From: Utricularia gibba
Taxonomy: Eukaryota; Plantae; Magnoliophyta
DNA: 64,000 nt
Reading direction: 5' to 3'
Assembly (NCBI GenBank): GCA_002189035.1
Contig: NEEC01000002.1
Location: 6,138,001 to 6,202,000 of the forward strand
The position numbers were made by a program, and so were the translations under genes. The notes beneath the pieces are model-generated. The model had not been told where the DNA came from. It saw nothing but the letters and a program-made list of their open reading frames with translations, and searched no databases. This document shows positions 51,617 to 64,000 of this stretch, one piece after another; within the stretch, counting starts at the first letter, position 1, and every line of letters begins with the position of its first letter.

Positions 51617-54600
51617 ATGGAGCAATTTCACAATCTCGATCTGGAGTATTACGATCACGACTTCTTTGATTTTGGACAAGATGACGCTTCAGTGGGAAAC
51701 GGAAGCGTTTCCATCGATAATGAGTCTGTGGGCTCTGATTTTGAAGATGACCTCGAAATCAAATCGTAAAGACTTTCTTTCATATGGAGGTTTTTGTTTG
51801 ATTTCTATCAAGGTATATGCTATTACAGGTCAAACCAAAGACTGATACTTCAGCTTCTGAAGCAAGAAATGGGAAGGACATACAGGGTATCCCTTGGGAG
51901 CGATTAAGTTTTACTAGAGAAGGCTATCGTGAGTCCCGTTTGAAGCAATACAAGAATTATGAAAATCTCTCTGGCTCTTCTGGTGATGTCGATAAGGTGA
52001 TTTGATTTCCCAGTGTACTTTGTTGATTCATCCTGCTATCTAACAGTAATTTTTAAGTAGTTTGCTGATTCCCTGTTTTTTTGGCAGAACTGCAAAGAAG
52101 TGGAGAAGGGCCACAACTTTTACGATTTCCAGTTCAATACTAGGCTGGTTAAATCTACAATAGTGCATTTCCAGGTAGATATTAAAAGAAAATTCTATGT
52201 CCATATTGCTGTACTTGTTTCCAGAAATTGCATCTGATTGGCGCGTAAGGCACATACTGGTTTTTTATTTAATTGTTGATCCAGTTCATGAAACATCCAA
52301 AGCTGGCGTTTTTGTGTCCTAACCCTTACCCGTTTTCTAATTGACATGTCAATTTTCTCGAAGTGGCTAAGATGAGGTCTTGTTTACATTTCCAATGTTT
52401 TTCTATACCTCCTGTGTTTTTCCATGCATGTTTTCATCTCATTAAAGCACCAATTGTGTTTGCGTTTTTGACTATTTTTTTCGTAATGGTGTAAAGTTAT
52501 GCATGTTTCATCATTCCTGGGGCTGAAAAAAGTTTTGCAGAGCAGATGCATATTTAATTTCCATGGTTTTAGTAGCAACTAGTCTCCTCTGTATAGTAGG
52601 TATGGAGTCTTTTTTGGATTCTAATCCATTAAACTGGCCTAGTTCTCAGGATACTGTATTTCATCATCTTTTGCTTGGTTTTCTGGCATTTTTCCATATT
52701 CACTAGATAATTTCTTCGAAAATTGTCTGTGACAATATAATTATATTTTATGAGGATAGCTTTAACTTTACATTCAGACAGTTTTTCCCAGTTCAAGTCA
52801 CATTGAACTGGGTCTTTATTCACATAATCCTTTTTGTGCAGATTAAGAATTGTGAAGAGTGGCTTGATAAACTATTCACTTAACCTTCTTGAAAGGTACA
52901 ATGCTGAAATTTTTATCTGGCTATCACCCCTTGAACACATTGTGGTGAGCCAGTAACTTGGCATTGTCGGAAAGATTGGTAGCTTTACTAATTAGACTTC
53001 TTTATTCCTTTTGTTACTTATCAATTATTACAAAATAAAACCAGATAGATTGCGTCATCCCAGATCTGACACTATCTTACTCCAGTTGGATTTAAGCTTG
53101 TCTCTTTGTTTGACTTTGGCATTCATAAAACTTGTCCAAAACAGAGGATAACTGATGGCTTGTTTTGCAGATGACGTTGATTTCTAGTTATTTGTTTTTC
53201 CTACACCGGTCTCTCATGACTCAGTTGTGTGCTTTTTGTCTTCTTTGGTTTTAGAAAACTTTATTCTACATAACATATGTTTTAACTGAAGTTCATCTTT
53301 CAGCTGCGAAATCTGTTGTGGTCTACTTCGAAGCATGACGTGTACCTGATGCAAAACTACTCTGTAATGCACTGGTCCTCCCTCCAAAAAAAGAGCACGG
53401 AAGTCCTCAATGTTGCCAAGTCTATATCACCCTCTCTGGTGAGTGTAACACGATCCTGCATGCTCGACTTGCTAAGCAAAACCGTTTTGGTGAGTGTTTG
53501 ATAACAAGTCGTTCATGCAGAGTTGCCCTGGATGCTTAGCCCAACCTCTGTCAAGGGTTCAGATAAGCACCATGGCGGTCAAAGACGATCTTTTGGTGGC
53601 CGGTGGCTTCCAGGGAGAGCTTATCTGTAAGGTGCCAACATGATTAACGTTTTGTTATTCACTTGGCATGCCGTTTTCTAAGCTCAAGTTTCTATTACAG
53701 TACATCAGCCAACCTGGAGTTGCTTTCTCCGCCAAATTATCTGATGATGAAAATGCCATCACCAATGCGGTGGACATTTATTATGATTCCAGGTACAAGG
53801 CAAACTCATATCCATCGCCTAGGCCTCTTAGATATTCCGATGGTGATCCAATGTTTTTCCTATGCAGCGGTGCAATGAGAGTCATGTCCGCTAACAACGA
53901 TGCTCAAGTCAGGGTCATGGATGCTGCAAACTTCACTTGCCTGAGTCGATTCGCATTCCCCTGGTCCGTGAATGTAAGGATTGAATGAACGAACACCTGC
54001 CTTCCCAGCCGCACCTGAGAAAATAACCGTTGTCTAACTTCCGGCCATCACATTCCTGCAGAACACATCCGTAAGTCCCAACGGCAAGATGCTTGCAGTC
54101 CTTGGCGACAGTCGAGACTGTTTGCTTGCTGATGTGCAATCAGGAAAGGTTGGTCTGGATTTCTAACCACCCTTCACAGTTCATGAATGCCGACAACTGC
54201 TTGTGTGTCCAGATCCTCAGCACTCTGAGCGGGCATCTGGATTACTCCTTTGCATCGGCATGGCACCCCGAGGGCCACATCCTGGCAACTGGCAACCAGG
54301 ACAAAACATGCAGACTCTGGGATACCAGAAACCTCTCAGAATCCTTGGCTGTGCTCAGAGGAAGGATGGGCGCAATCAGGACAATCAGATTCGCGTCGGA
54401 TGGTCAGTTCCTGGCCATGGCCGAGCCTGCTGACTTCGTCCATGTTCTGGACACCCACTCCGGATACCTGAAATCACAGGAAATCGATCTCTTCGGAGAG
54501 ATCGCCGGAATCTCCTTCAGCCCCGATACCGAAGCCTTGTTCGTGGGAGTCTCCGACAGGATGCACGGCAGCTTGATGGAGTTCAAACGCAGACGATACA

Positions 54601-54626
54601 ACCACCACATGGATTGCTTACTTTAG
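51617..54626 (+). CDS. WD40-repeat protein (C2A9.03-like/DUF2415 family); first splice junction out of frame as assembled
   Basis: TDTSASEARNGKDIQGIPWERL, FYDFQFNTRLVKSTIVHFQLRNL, VAGGFQGELICK, HLDYSFASAWHP and MAEPADFVH. About 9 coding exons. Confidence 0.88.
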
Positions 54627-54810
54627 GCTCCAGAATCCACGAAAGCTCCTTCATCTGGGCATCTTATCTTCACATCGGTGCGCTTCGTGGAGTGGAAACC
54701 TCCCTCCAGCTTCCGCAAGTCGCTACTACTATATATAGAGAGAGAGCATCACGACTTTCCTCTCAATGATTTGGCGTAGACATGAAAATTTAAAAATCAT
54801 AGTTCATTAA

Positions 54811-55127
54811 AGTTATGTTCTAAAAATTTTTTACAATCTATTTTTTATTTTTAAAAAAGTAAAAATAATTTTAATCCAAAATACCATTTATTTTTACTTT
54901 TATTTTTACTAAAAATATTTTTGGTATTACACTTCAAAAATAATTTTTGAAAAAGTAAAAATGAAATATTTTTGTATTCTATTTCTATTTTTTAATATAA
55001 ATTCATAAAAAATTTTACACTTTTCTAGAACACTTATTTTTAATTCTATTTTTATAAATTATTTATATCTTTACTTTTTACTTTTTTAAAAATAAAAATA
55101 AGTTCTAAAAATTTCTAGAACATACCT
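54811..55127. mobile_element. Tourist-like (PIF/Harbinger) MITE
   Basis: 317 bp and AT-rich. Terminal inverted repeats AGTTATGTTCTAAAAATTTT and AAAATTTCTAGAACATACCT (18/20 match). TAA target-site duplication at 54808-10 and 55128-30. Confidence 0.72.
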
Positions 55128-55658
55128 TAAATCTTTTGAATCTTGAATTGTCTATAATAAAAATTAAATTAAATTTACGTCATTTTAAAATAAAAAATTA
55201 CCAACATTTAAAAAATATTAATCTTTTTCCCATTTAAGTAATAATTTGTATGATTTATTTTACGATTTATAATTTAAAATAAAAATAAAAATGAATATTT
55301 TACATATACTTTTTATTTATTTTAAAATTCAACTTCTACTTATAATTATATTTATTATCAATTTATTTAATTTTAATTATTTCAATTTATTTTCCACAAA
55401 TTACATAAAATAAATTTATTCCCTTCTCGGCAGCTTCTCTCCCATTTGCTCTTGTCTCTGATTCCGTTCAACAAATCACGACTACTTTTTTAGAGTATGT
55501 TTCTGTAATTTAAGGTCTAATTATTAATAATTTAAAATAAACTGCTTCTAATTAGAAATTGTAAATTGTAATCATCACGTAGAGGAGTAGCTACAAAAGT
55601 TTCTAGGAAGGGCTTGAAGCAGGTTACCGCAGCCACCGAATCCTTGCTGCTGGCTGTT

Positions 55659-56755
55659 TCAAGCATTTTTGTGAGGGATTTCCTTCTTTGTTCTCCCACT
55701 GCTCGGAGGAGTGCCTCCTCGGAAAACTCCCGGATAGGGCTTAATGAAGCACTCATGGAATTTCTGATCAGTATACGCGTAAATAGCAGAAAGACCAGGC
55801 CATTCCCTAATCAGCTTCCGTTTCTCCAGAGTTTGCAGCACTTGCAGACGCGGTTTCACCCGTTTCTCCAGGCTGAAGCAAAGGACAGAGGGCTGGCTGG
55901 CTATGGAGGATATGGTGTACCTGTTGGTGCCAACAATGGCCTTCACCATTCTCTTGATCTTCTCAGATGACACAGTGAATGCGATAGGCGTTTTCATGAA
56001 TGCTTTGGAAGTGTCGTGTTCTGTGAAGCCCAGGTTCATCAAAGTCTGCACCTTTGAGTCCCATACCTCGTTGCTCATAGACACAGCAGCCCAGAGGCAG
56101 TAGATGAACATTTTGGAGCTTGCGTTCATTCCCAGTTCTTCCACCCTTTCAAATGCCCGTTTAAACCTTTCTGTGGAGGCTAGGAATGTTCTTGGGAAGA
56201 AGCTTAAGAGAAGAAGGATGCGTTCCATGGGCACCCCTCGTTTCGTGAGGAATTCGATGTTGGGTCGGAGATTCTTCTTGAAATCAGTTGAGAAAAACCA
56301 ACCAGTCTTGAGTAAAACATTGACAATATTATCAACGTCGCCGAACAGATCCCATAGAAAGGAGAGTGAAGGATAGACCCTTCTGCTTGCGCTGTAACAC
56401 AGAATTGATGGATCCCGGGCTATGATCTTTGCAATTTGAGCATTAGAAAAGCCGAAATCTTTAAATACGTCGATCTTAGGCTTTATGCTTTTTTCCAGTC
56501 TCGCGGTACGCAGTTGCTGATGCTTGCTTTTCAACACTTTCTCCAGCTGGGTGTCGGAAAAGCCGCTCTCTTTCAAGAACAGCACAATTGACTCGAAATT
56601 CTTGCTGGGGGATGCCCATATGGGTCTGGTTCAACGATGGTGGAGAAGAACAAATGAGGCGCCAACGACGATGAAAGACGGGACACGCTCAGGATGGAAG
56701 CTGTACTGCTGGAAAACAAATGGGAGAAGCTCTTGCGAAGCTGAGCAGAAATCAT
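55659..56755 (-). CDS. mTERF family protein, copy 3 (diverged), frameshifted as assembled
   Basis: N-terminus MISAQLRKSF parallels MVFAYLRKSV of copies 1 and 2. The mTERF body (FLKESGFSDTQL, IKPKIDVFKDFGFS, LRPNIEFL, SLEKRVKPR) is in another frame, and the break maps to a 5-base run at 56607-56611. Confidence 0.85.
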
Positions 56756-57603
56756 TTCCACGAAACCCCGGAATTTACCTCCAGACCATTGACAATTCCA
56801 ATTCCTGCGGTAACCCTAAATTCTCCACCACCGCCGCCGTCAAAGAGACGAACGAGCAAGAAGAAGGTAAAGCATTCTTGATAGTTTTTTGTACATTAGT
56901 GGGCCGTAGCGCATTTCCGCTGCTCGCCGGTAGAGGCCCACTGTCAATAGGGACGGAATGGCCCAGCTCTTGCAGAAAAAAATTGGGTGTTTAGGGCTCA
57001 CTGTAGACTCCGGTATGGCAATCGGCAATCGAACTGTCGGAGTTGGCTGAGGTCCAGCAGAAAAATTTTGGGGGTTTAGGGCTCATATGAATCAAAATTG
57101 AGGAAGAAAGTTAATTTTTGTGTGGGTGTGTGTCGTTTGCTTCCAGCGATCTTGATTTGTACGTAAGTGAGTTCTATCTCACTCAACTTTACGGACGGAT
57201 TCAGTAGTCCGCAAGCGCAAACGTTTGATGCGCCTTGCCAAATCAGTGTTTTTGGCTCGCTTGCGTATTACTGGGTTGTAAATGCCTTGATCTGGTTTCA
57301 TATTTTTATGGTTGGAAACAGCCGAATATGTTGCTTGCTTGATTTTGATCGAAAGACGTTATATTTCACATTGTCTTTCGATACCCGACTGACAAAATCC
57401 ATTCTTGAATCCAATGTGCTAGCCCCTTGTTGATCAAAGGAAATGAATAATCTTCCTTCCTCATGTCTCTGCTTGTCTCTAACCATTTCGCTGCCTTGTT
57501 CTGTGATCTGTTTCAGGGTTTTCCACACCGCTGCTGCACCCCACGGTATTTTGGTGAAAATCCTCTGGATTGCTCGCTGCCATTGCCTTTCCCATTGGTA
57601 CAA

Positions 57604-58058
57604 ATGAAGCATATTGTAAAAATTCTGTCCTTGTTGGTGCTGCTGTCAGCCGTGTGGATCAGCTTATTGCAGTTGTCACTGATCCCAAAGATCTACACCT
57701 TGCTGGTGAGATCCTCCCCGCCTCTCTAGCAACTTCACTGCACTCTGTCTCTATACAAGAGCGTCCAGCACAACCATGGCTGCCTTACTCACAGACCATA
57801 GCTTATTGCAGTTACCCGTCTACTGCATCTTATCACTCGGGTGTTATGGTCTGCTGATGGTTGGAACCGGCCTCATGATGTTTCCAACTTGCCCTCAAGA
57901 GGCATCCCTATTGCAGAAGGTGCTTGCTTGCACAATTTTTTTCACATATTTCTCCTGCACATCTTCTTTACTGTCTGTGAAACAACATGATGCTGTAGGA
58001 TATTGTTGAAGCCAAGAGATTCCTGAGGGAGAATGGGATTGATGTAGATTCAGAGTAA
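57604..58058 (+). CDS. DPM3: Dolichol-phosphate mannose synthase subunit 3
   Basis: Exons 57604-57705, 57812-57919 and 57999-58058 give MKHIVKILSLLV...LGCYGLLMVGTGLMMFPTCPQEASLLQKDIVEAKRFL. Confidence 0.95.
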
Positions 58059-61000
58059 TCACTTCAGAATGCACTTGTTCCTTTTACTTCAGTACAGCAA
58101 CAAATGGAAAACTTGTTCCCTTTTTTTTCCTTACAGCAAGAGACAATTCACAGCATTTCTTTACTCGCTATTGGGCCGGTCTGTTGATTGGTCTAGTGGG
58201 CTTTTACTGAGCAGTGCCTTCCTTCTTATTGGGCCGGTCCAAACAACCATCAAATTCAACCTAGGGTTCATTGGTTGAAATTATAATTTGTTTACATTTT
58301 TTAACATATATCAATGTTTTTAATTTTAAATTTAATCTAATTTATATATTTCAAGATTAAAACATATCAGTTATTAAAAAATCTGTATATTACTTTTTGT
58401 AATCCAAAATGATGATAATCATAATATATATATTTTTTATCATAGAGGGATAAAATAATAATAATACAAATTTTCAAAAATTATAATAGAATAGAATCCA
58501 ATTTTATATTTTTTAAAAACATTTTAAGTATAATAAAATCTTTCATATTTGATAAAAAAATTGATTTTGAAACGTTTTTCTTTTCCAAAACCAACTCTTA
58601 ATCCACAACAACAACTAGGTTTTAAAATAAAGTCAAATGAGAAACTCTATAAAAAGGGTGGGTTGATTGAGTGGATTTCATATAGTTCATTTAAGAAATT
58701 TGTATCTCTCACACATTAATAACAAATTTTATATATAGAATAACCATTTTTTCACAACATTAAAATACAGTTTGCAATACATCAAATTTCCCATCTTAGA
58801 ATTATTATTTTGAAAAAGAATTTTCTCATTTTTTCACAACAACAAAACCATTCACCCGAATCATGGATACGCAGGCAGGCAGGCATGAATGGAGAGGTAG
58901 TTGAGGGTGGTGATTAAGAGGGAGGGAGGAGAGTAAAAGTGAAGATGAAAACGACACGGAAATCCACATACGCAGAGGGGGTGTTTTTGAAATCTACTCA
59001 CTGTACATTTTTCTAACATACATCACGCACAAAAAAATGGACATAGAATGTATAGATTTCTAACACAATGAAAACACAATGCATATTTTTCAAAAAAACA
59101 AGGGGAGGGGAGGGGGAGGTCTGAGATGGCCGGCGGCCATCGTCTATCTATCTCTCCCGCCTCTCCATTCAGGAATTGAATGCAATTCAATGGTGCAATA
59201 AAGCCCGGCAGGTGGGCTGGTTTCCCCATTAACTCACACGGACTGGTTGGTTGCATGTTGCTGTTCCACTTCCGCGAACACAACATGCAGCGCAGGGGCA
59301 CCATCTCCCTTTCACCAATCCAACACACAACAACACACAAACCCAGCTCTTCTACAGCGCTCATGCAGACACTGACTCCCCCTGGTTCCTCCCCTTCCCC
59401 ATCCCCTGGGCTGTTTCCCAAAAAAACAAGAAGGATATATGTCTGTGTGTCCATGGCTACCTGAGTGAGAGGTTTTCTAGTAATCCATGGTACAGTTTGA
59501 TCACGGGGAGAAGAGAAGTGTAAAGGTGGGGGCGGGTCCACAGCTTCCACAACTCATATAAACATTTCTCATCTCATATGGAAGGAATTCATTCAAATGG
59601 AGTGAGGAGAACATGAGTGAAATGATGAGAAGCGGTTGAGGGTAGTTGAGTTAGATGGTTGGATCATAAAGTATTCACATTGCATTTATTTGGGCATTTG
59701 GATCATCCCCACAAAAAAAAAACTCAAAAAGAAAGACACTCCACTCCACTCATCGAATTAGCAGAGTAGCAGCCAGGTCAGGAGACTGCAATGTTGTACA
59801 ATGCCGAAAACAAGTCTAAAGTAACAAGTACGTTCAACTTTTGAAACATAACCATTCCAAAGGCATGTTGGCTGCTAAAAACTTTACCTAAGAGGATATG
59901 AAATAGACAATACATGATAAACATCCCAAGCACAACTTCCTAGCTTTTCCAAATTTATTGTATTTGCATTTTAAGAGATAGCCAAGTAAACCATAAGTAG
60001 AAAACGTGACCCCAAGGCACAAAAAAAGCCAGAGCAGTATGATGCAAAACTTGATTGGAGGGCTAAACCAGCATACCAGTAGACATGCACCATGTTACAG
60101 GAAGATACTCCACCATCACTCAATTTTATCGTTTGGAAGTGTGAAAAAACGGGATCTAAAGCACAGCCTGCGAGCGAAACAAGTGGCATAAATTTCTAAG
60201 TGAAACCTGCATTCGTGCCGACATGTAATCTCAGGGATTGAAGACCCTGTTGTCACATTCAAGTTAACAGTTTAGTAATAAAAAAAATAGTTTTCTATCT
60301 CAACATGTATGCGTAATGAGACCCAAGTTCCCTTTGGCACCATATGTAAATATAATATAGTAGCATCCTCATTCTTAGACCCATTAACTTTACTAGTTGA
60401 GGCACCTCATAATAACTAATTGACAAGACTCTCTATTTCTCAATTTCATAATGGTCACTTAATGCACCACGTTCTCCTACAGATAAGCAGCAGCCATGCT
60501 GATCTCCTAAATAAACACAAAGCAATTTTAGAACACTCGCTCAAGAGACTTCACAATGAACAGATGGACCAATGGGAAAAAAGGCAGTTGAGAGTAGTTG
60601 AGGTGGATGGGTTGCATCATAATGCTTTCATAGATGATGGGTGGTGGGATGAAATTCAATAGCCGCGAAGGTGTAGGAAGAGCTTTAAATCCTGTTGCTT
60701 CACCAAACTAGTTGAGAGTTATGAATGCATTCCTCAACACTAAGGAATCCATAAGGATTTCCAGACCCCCCCTTCTCCCCCACCCTGTCAACTATAGCAA
60801 TTCTCTACCATTTATGATGCCTCCTCTAAATGTAAATCTTCATCTCCAATCAAATCAATACACAATCAAATGGTTCTCCTAGTTACTACCCCAATCAACG
60901 ATCTACTTAAAAATACACGGGCGTCTCAACACCACTAAGCAAAGACACAAAACTAATTGGATATGAAACCACGTTCGCATACTGCACAGAATTATAATCT

Positions 61001-61708
61001 GAAATGCAAAGCTGAATGATAGTCCGGAGAGAATAATAATCCAGTAAAAAGGGGTAATTTTTCAAATGGAGTGAAGACGAGTGTGAACAGAATGAAACAT
61101 AAATAAAAGAACCCACCTGTCCCTAGAGGCCATTAAATGATAACGATGGAACAAGCCGCTGAGGAGAGGAAATGTGGAGCAATGAAGAATCAGGTGAGTT
61201 AAACAAAGGTGCAGAGGAGTAAATAAATTCGATTTCTTTACCAAAATGAACTTGGCTAGATATATAAATATTGAGCAACAAGGCTTTGAGAACTTGAATT
61301 CAAGATGACTGACATGACAAGATGGGACCCCTGAGTGCCACATTAAAAGCCGTTTCCCTAATAGATTCTGTGTTAAAACTCCACTCTCGCATATAAAATT
61401 CTTTTACTGATGAAAAAGCTTGCAGGGTTCATGGGGTCACCATAAATTGGCACCTATTCAATGCATGCCATGGGACGAGAAGGCGTTTAATGTTTAATCT
61501 TCTTCAATGGGATGGCTCCCGTTGAAACGATAGAAGTGATTCAAGTAAAAATATCCTACACCTGATGTCGAGTTCTCCCCTCCACACCTCCCCTCCCTCC
61601 CAAAACTACACTATATAAGCGAGGTTCGCACACTTCACGTCCTCCTTACTACCAATATCTCATACTAGCAATTGAGAAACCCAAGCTGTTTCCTTGACCT
61701 CATCAGTC

Positions 61709-62390
61709 ATGATCTCTTTGCAAACATCAAAGGAAAACTTACCTCAGGAAAGCTCATCCAGGAAGCGGAAATGGAATGATCCTGCTGGGGAAGTTTCTCA
61801 GCAGCCGGAGAGAACCAGAGGCATGAATCCAGTTTTTCATTCACATCTCAACAGCATAGCTCCATTCTCACCAGACTGGCAACGATGCCTGGGCATAAAG
61901 GTGTGTGTTACCTGCCTCATACTAATCTTGAATGTTCCTTCTGAAAAAGACCTGAGCATACTTACAGGAATTTTTCTCTACAACACAGTCAGGAGAAATA
62001 TGCTACCATGACACAAGGAATAAGGCGAGGGAGACATGTAATCCAGCTCCCATGAGCTTGGAGCTGGAGCTAAATCTACCTTGCCTGCCTTTGGAGATTA
62101 ATCACGTGGAAGAAAGCCACAGGGAGAAAGAATCCGGAACAACATCAATCTTTTCCAATAATTCTTTCAAGAATTCAAGCAGTATAAACAGTGTGAAGGG
62201 TCTTAGTCGATCACCTTCTTGGCTAACATTTGAAGAGGACCAGGAAGAGATGTTAACAGCTGTATGCAAAAAGTGCTACTTGTTGGTGATGATGTGCAAG
62301 TCTTCACCTGCATGCCCAAACTGCAAATTCATGCACCCAATAGAGCCTACACCTGAACTCTTTGGCAAGGGTTTAAGCCTCTTATGTTAA
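61709..62390 (+). CDS. CURLY FLAG LEAF 1-like WW-domain protein
   Basis: Exons 61709-61900 and 61989-62390. WW-like SPDWQRCLGIK|SGEICYHDTR, MSLELELNL, SPSWLTFE, and terminal VCKKCYLLVMMCKSSPACPNCKFMHP. Confidence 0.85.
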
Positions 62391-62779
62391 GAAGTTGTTG
62401 GGAGATGAATACAGCAGGTATGTGTGTCAATTCCAATCACCTCAGCAGCAGAGAAGGAGATGGAGATAGAGCATGAGGTATAATAAAATAAAGCTCTCAT
62501 GTACTTGGTGTTACTGTGAATTGTAACGAAAAAACATTTTAAGATCAATGGGTTAAGACATCTCCTTCTTCTTGTGTAAATACACAAGAGTTTCTAACAG
62601 TACAAAACCGCTTGTCAGTAGATATGAAGTGATTGAAAGCTTGTACATCACTACGGTTTATTGATCAAATGACACGTACAGAATAATGAAGACTTGATAC
62701 TAAGAAAAACAAAAAGCATGTGCATCAACAGTGAATTTTTTTGATCGTCACTTTTCATACATTAACGACCATTCAATCA

Positions 62780-63920
62780 AGAGGGTCCATTTCCAGAGCC
62801 TGTTGAGAGCATTCAAGAGTTCCCATACTTGCAGTAAAGGGCACGCCTGAAAACCTTTAAACACAAACACTAAGCATCGCCTTTTACCAACATGTAGCTA
62901 CCCGTGTAACTGAACCCAAATCGTGGTGTGGGGGGGTGTTTGAATAAATATAACCTCTTGGAAACCTTCAAGCATTTATGCATAGTTTTATCAGAATTTA
63001 GCTATGGACGAAAAAGAGAATCATTTAACTGCATTACTGCCCAAAGAAGGAATCTTGCAGCTTTATAAAGACTGAACAATTCAATTACACGGTGATGCAC
63101 ATTGGAAAAAGGCAATCAATACCCCTCATCAACATCAAACTCAACCAATCAATCAATCCTCAGCAACAAAATTAATAATTGTTAAAATTAATCTTGAAAT
63201 TTAAATTTCTAATTTTCTTATAAAAAGAAATAAATATTAAAAATATATAAAATTAAATAAAATCAATTCAATAAATTTACGAAAAATATCAAGCCTTACC
63301 TATCGATTAGATATTCAATTTTAAATTTAATCATTATAATTTTCAATTTTTTTTTAATTTTCTACCCCATTCGATAAACATATTTTTAGTTTTTTTTTAA
63401 TAAAAATCAAGAACGTTTTTGGAAGGATAGAACTGTCCAAAATTGAATTCACAGAATGAATCCCCAGAATCTTGATTGGCACCTTGTTTTATGGAGGATG
63501 TCAGTAGCTTGGATCCAATAAGCAGCCCAACCCAACCGCCGAGATCGGAAAATGCAGCCGCCGGAGTCGAAGCCGAGCGTTGAGTACTGCATGTTAAACT
63601 GGGATATTCAATCACAAAACAAAATCAACCCAGAACTCATAGGAATTGTTATCATGTAAGGTGGAGGAGCTTGGATGCCCTGGTTTCCACTTACACTGAA
63701 AAGCAACTGAAAATCCCGACCGGTGGGTTCTAAAGCAGAATAAACTGGCTGGAGATTGGGAACTCTATACTCAATCCAGCTTCACGATTCCACTAGAATA
63801 CCAGCAAAAAAACTTGGAATCGGATGGGAAAGAGAGCTTACAATACTCATCAGCATACCCCATTGCTTTCTACACATGTTACAACAGTGACTGTTCAGCC
63901 CGACAAGATGCCACCAGACC
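62780..63920 (-). other. Possible terminal exons of an unidentified gene entering from the right edge
   Basis: Higher-GC blocks bounded by minus-strand AG acceptors and GTAAG donors (near 63600, 63690 and 62850). No recognisable protein motif. Confidence 0.2.
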
Positions 63921-64000
63921 AGGTGCGTTGCATTATCCTCACCAGCAGCATTATATAGCACAGGAATGTGAACATGTTAATTGGGCATGGTTAGGTGCAC

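Noticed and set aside
59195-59225. ENOD40 region II-like GCAATAAAGCCCGGCAGGT
   Set aside because: Lacks the downstream GGCAAT part and any region I peptide.
59023-59550. 175-aa minus-strand ORF
   Set aside because: No recognisable domain, and it runs through low-complexity and hairpin sequence, so it is probably a chance ORF.

Overview
This is gene-dense plant (eudicot) nuclear DNA. It holds about 23 intron-bearing loci separated by very AT-rich spacers that carry MITE remnants. I saw no rRNA, tRNA, CRISPR array or autonomous transposon. Gene identities come from my recall of family motifs and were not checked against any database. In order: EDR2-like DUF1336; a decayed SET-less ASHH1/SDG26 fragment; DUF936/CORD; head-to-head RPL38 and RPL35; bZIP60; an RRM protein; a RING-dead ATL ORF just behind GAPB; GAPB; a PPR gene; two tandem mTERFs plus a fragment of the neighbouring 5PTase; the inositol 5-phosphatase; mitochondrial ATP synthase FAd/MGP1; an ANAC017-like membrane NAC; an intron-bearing small HSP; HIPP; RPL30; FLZ; a WD40 gene; a third mTERF; DPM3; and a CFL1-like WW protein. 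I found no clear new multi-gene system. The best leads are: (1) a 404-nt spliceosomal intron nested inside the 23-nt IRE1 intron of bZIP60; (2) an open ATL ORF lacking 5 of 8 zinc ligands, starting 90 nt after the GAPB stop; (3) an ASHH1 remnant whose 5' part has decayed while its 3' part is intact; (4) a multi-hairpin non-coding element near 59.1-59.3 kb; and (5) a reconstructable tandem duplication followed by a microhomology deletion. NAC, RPL30 and the third mTERF can each be repaired by adding one base in a short homopolymer, so these frameshifts may be assembly errors and need read-level checks.
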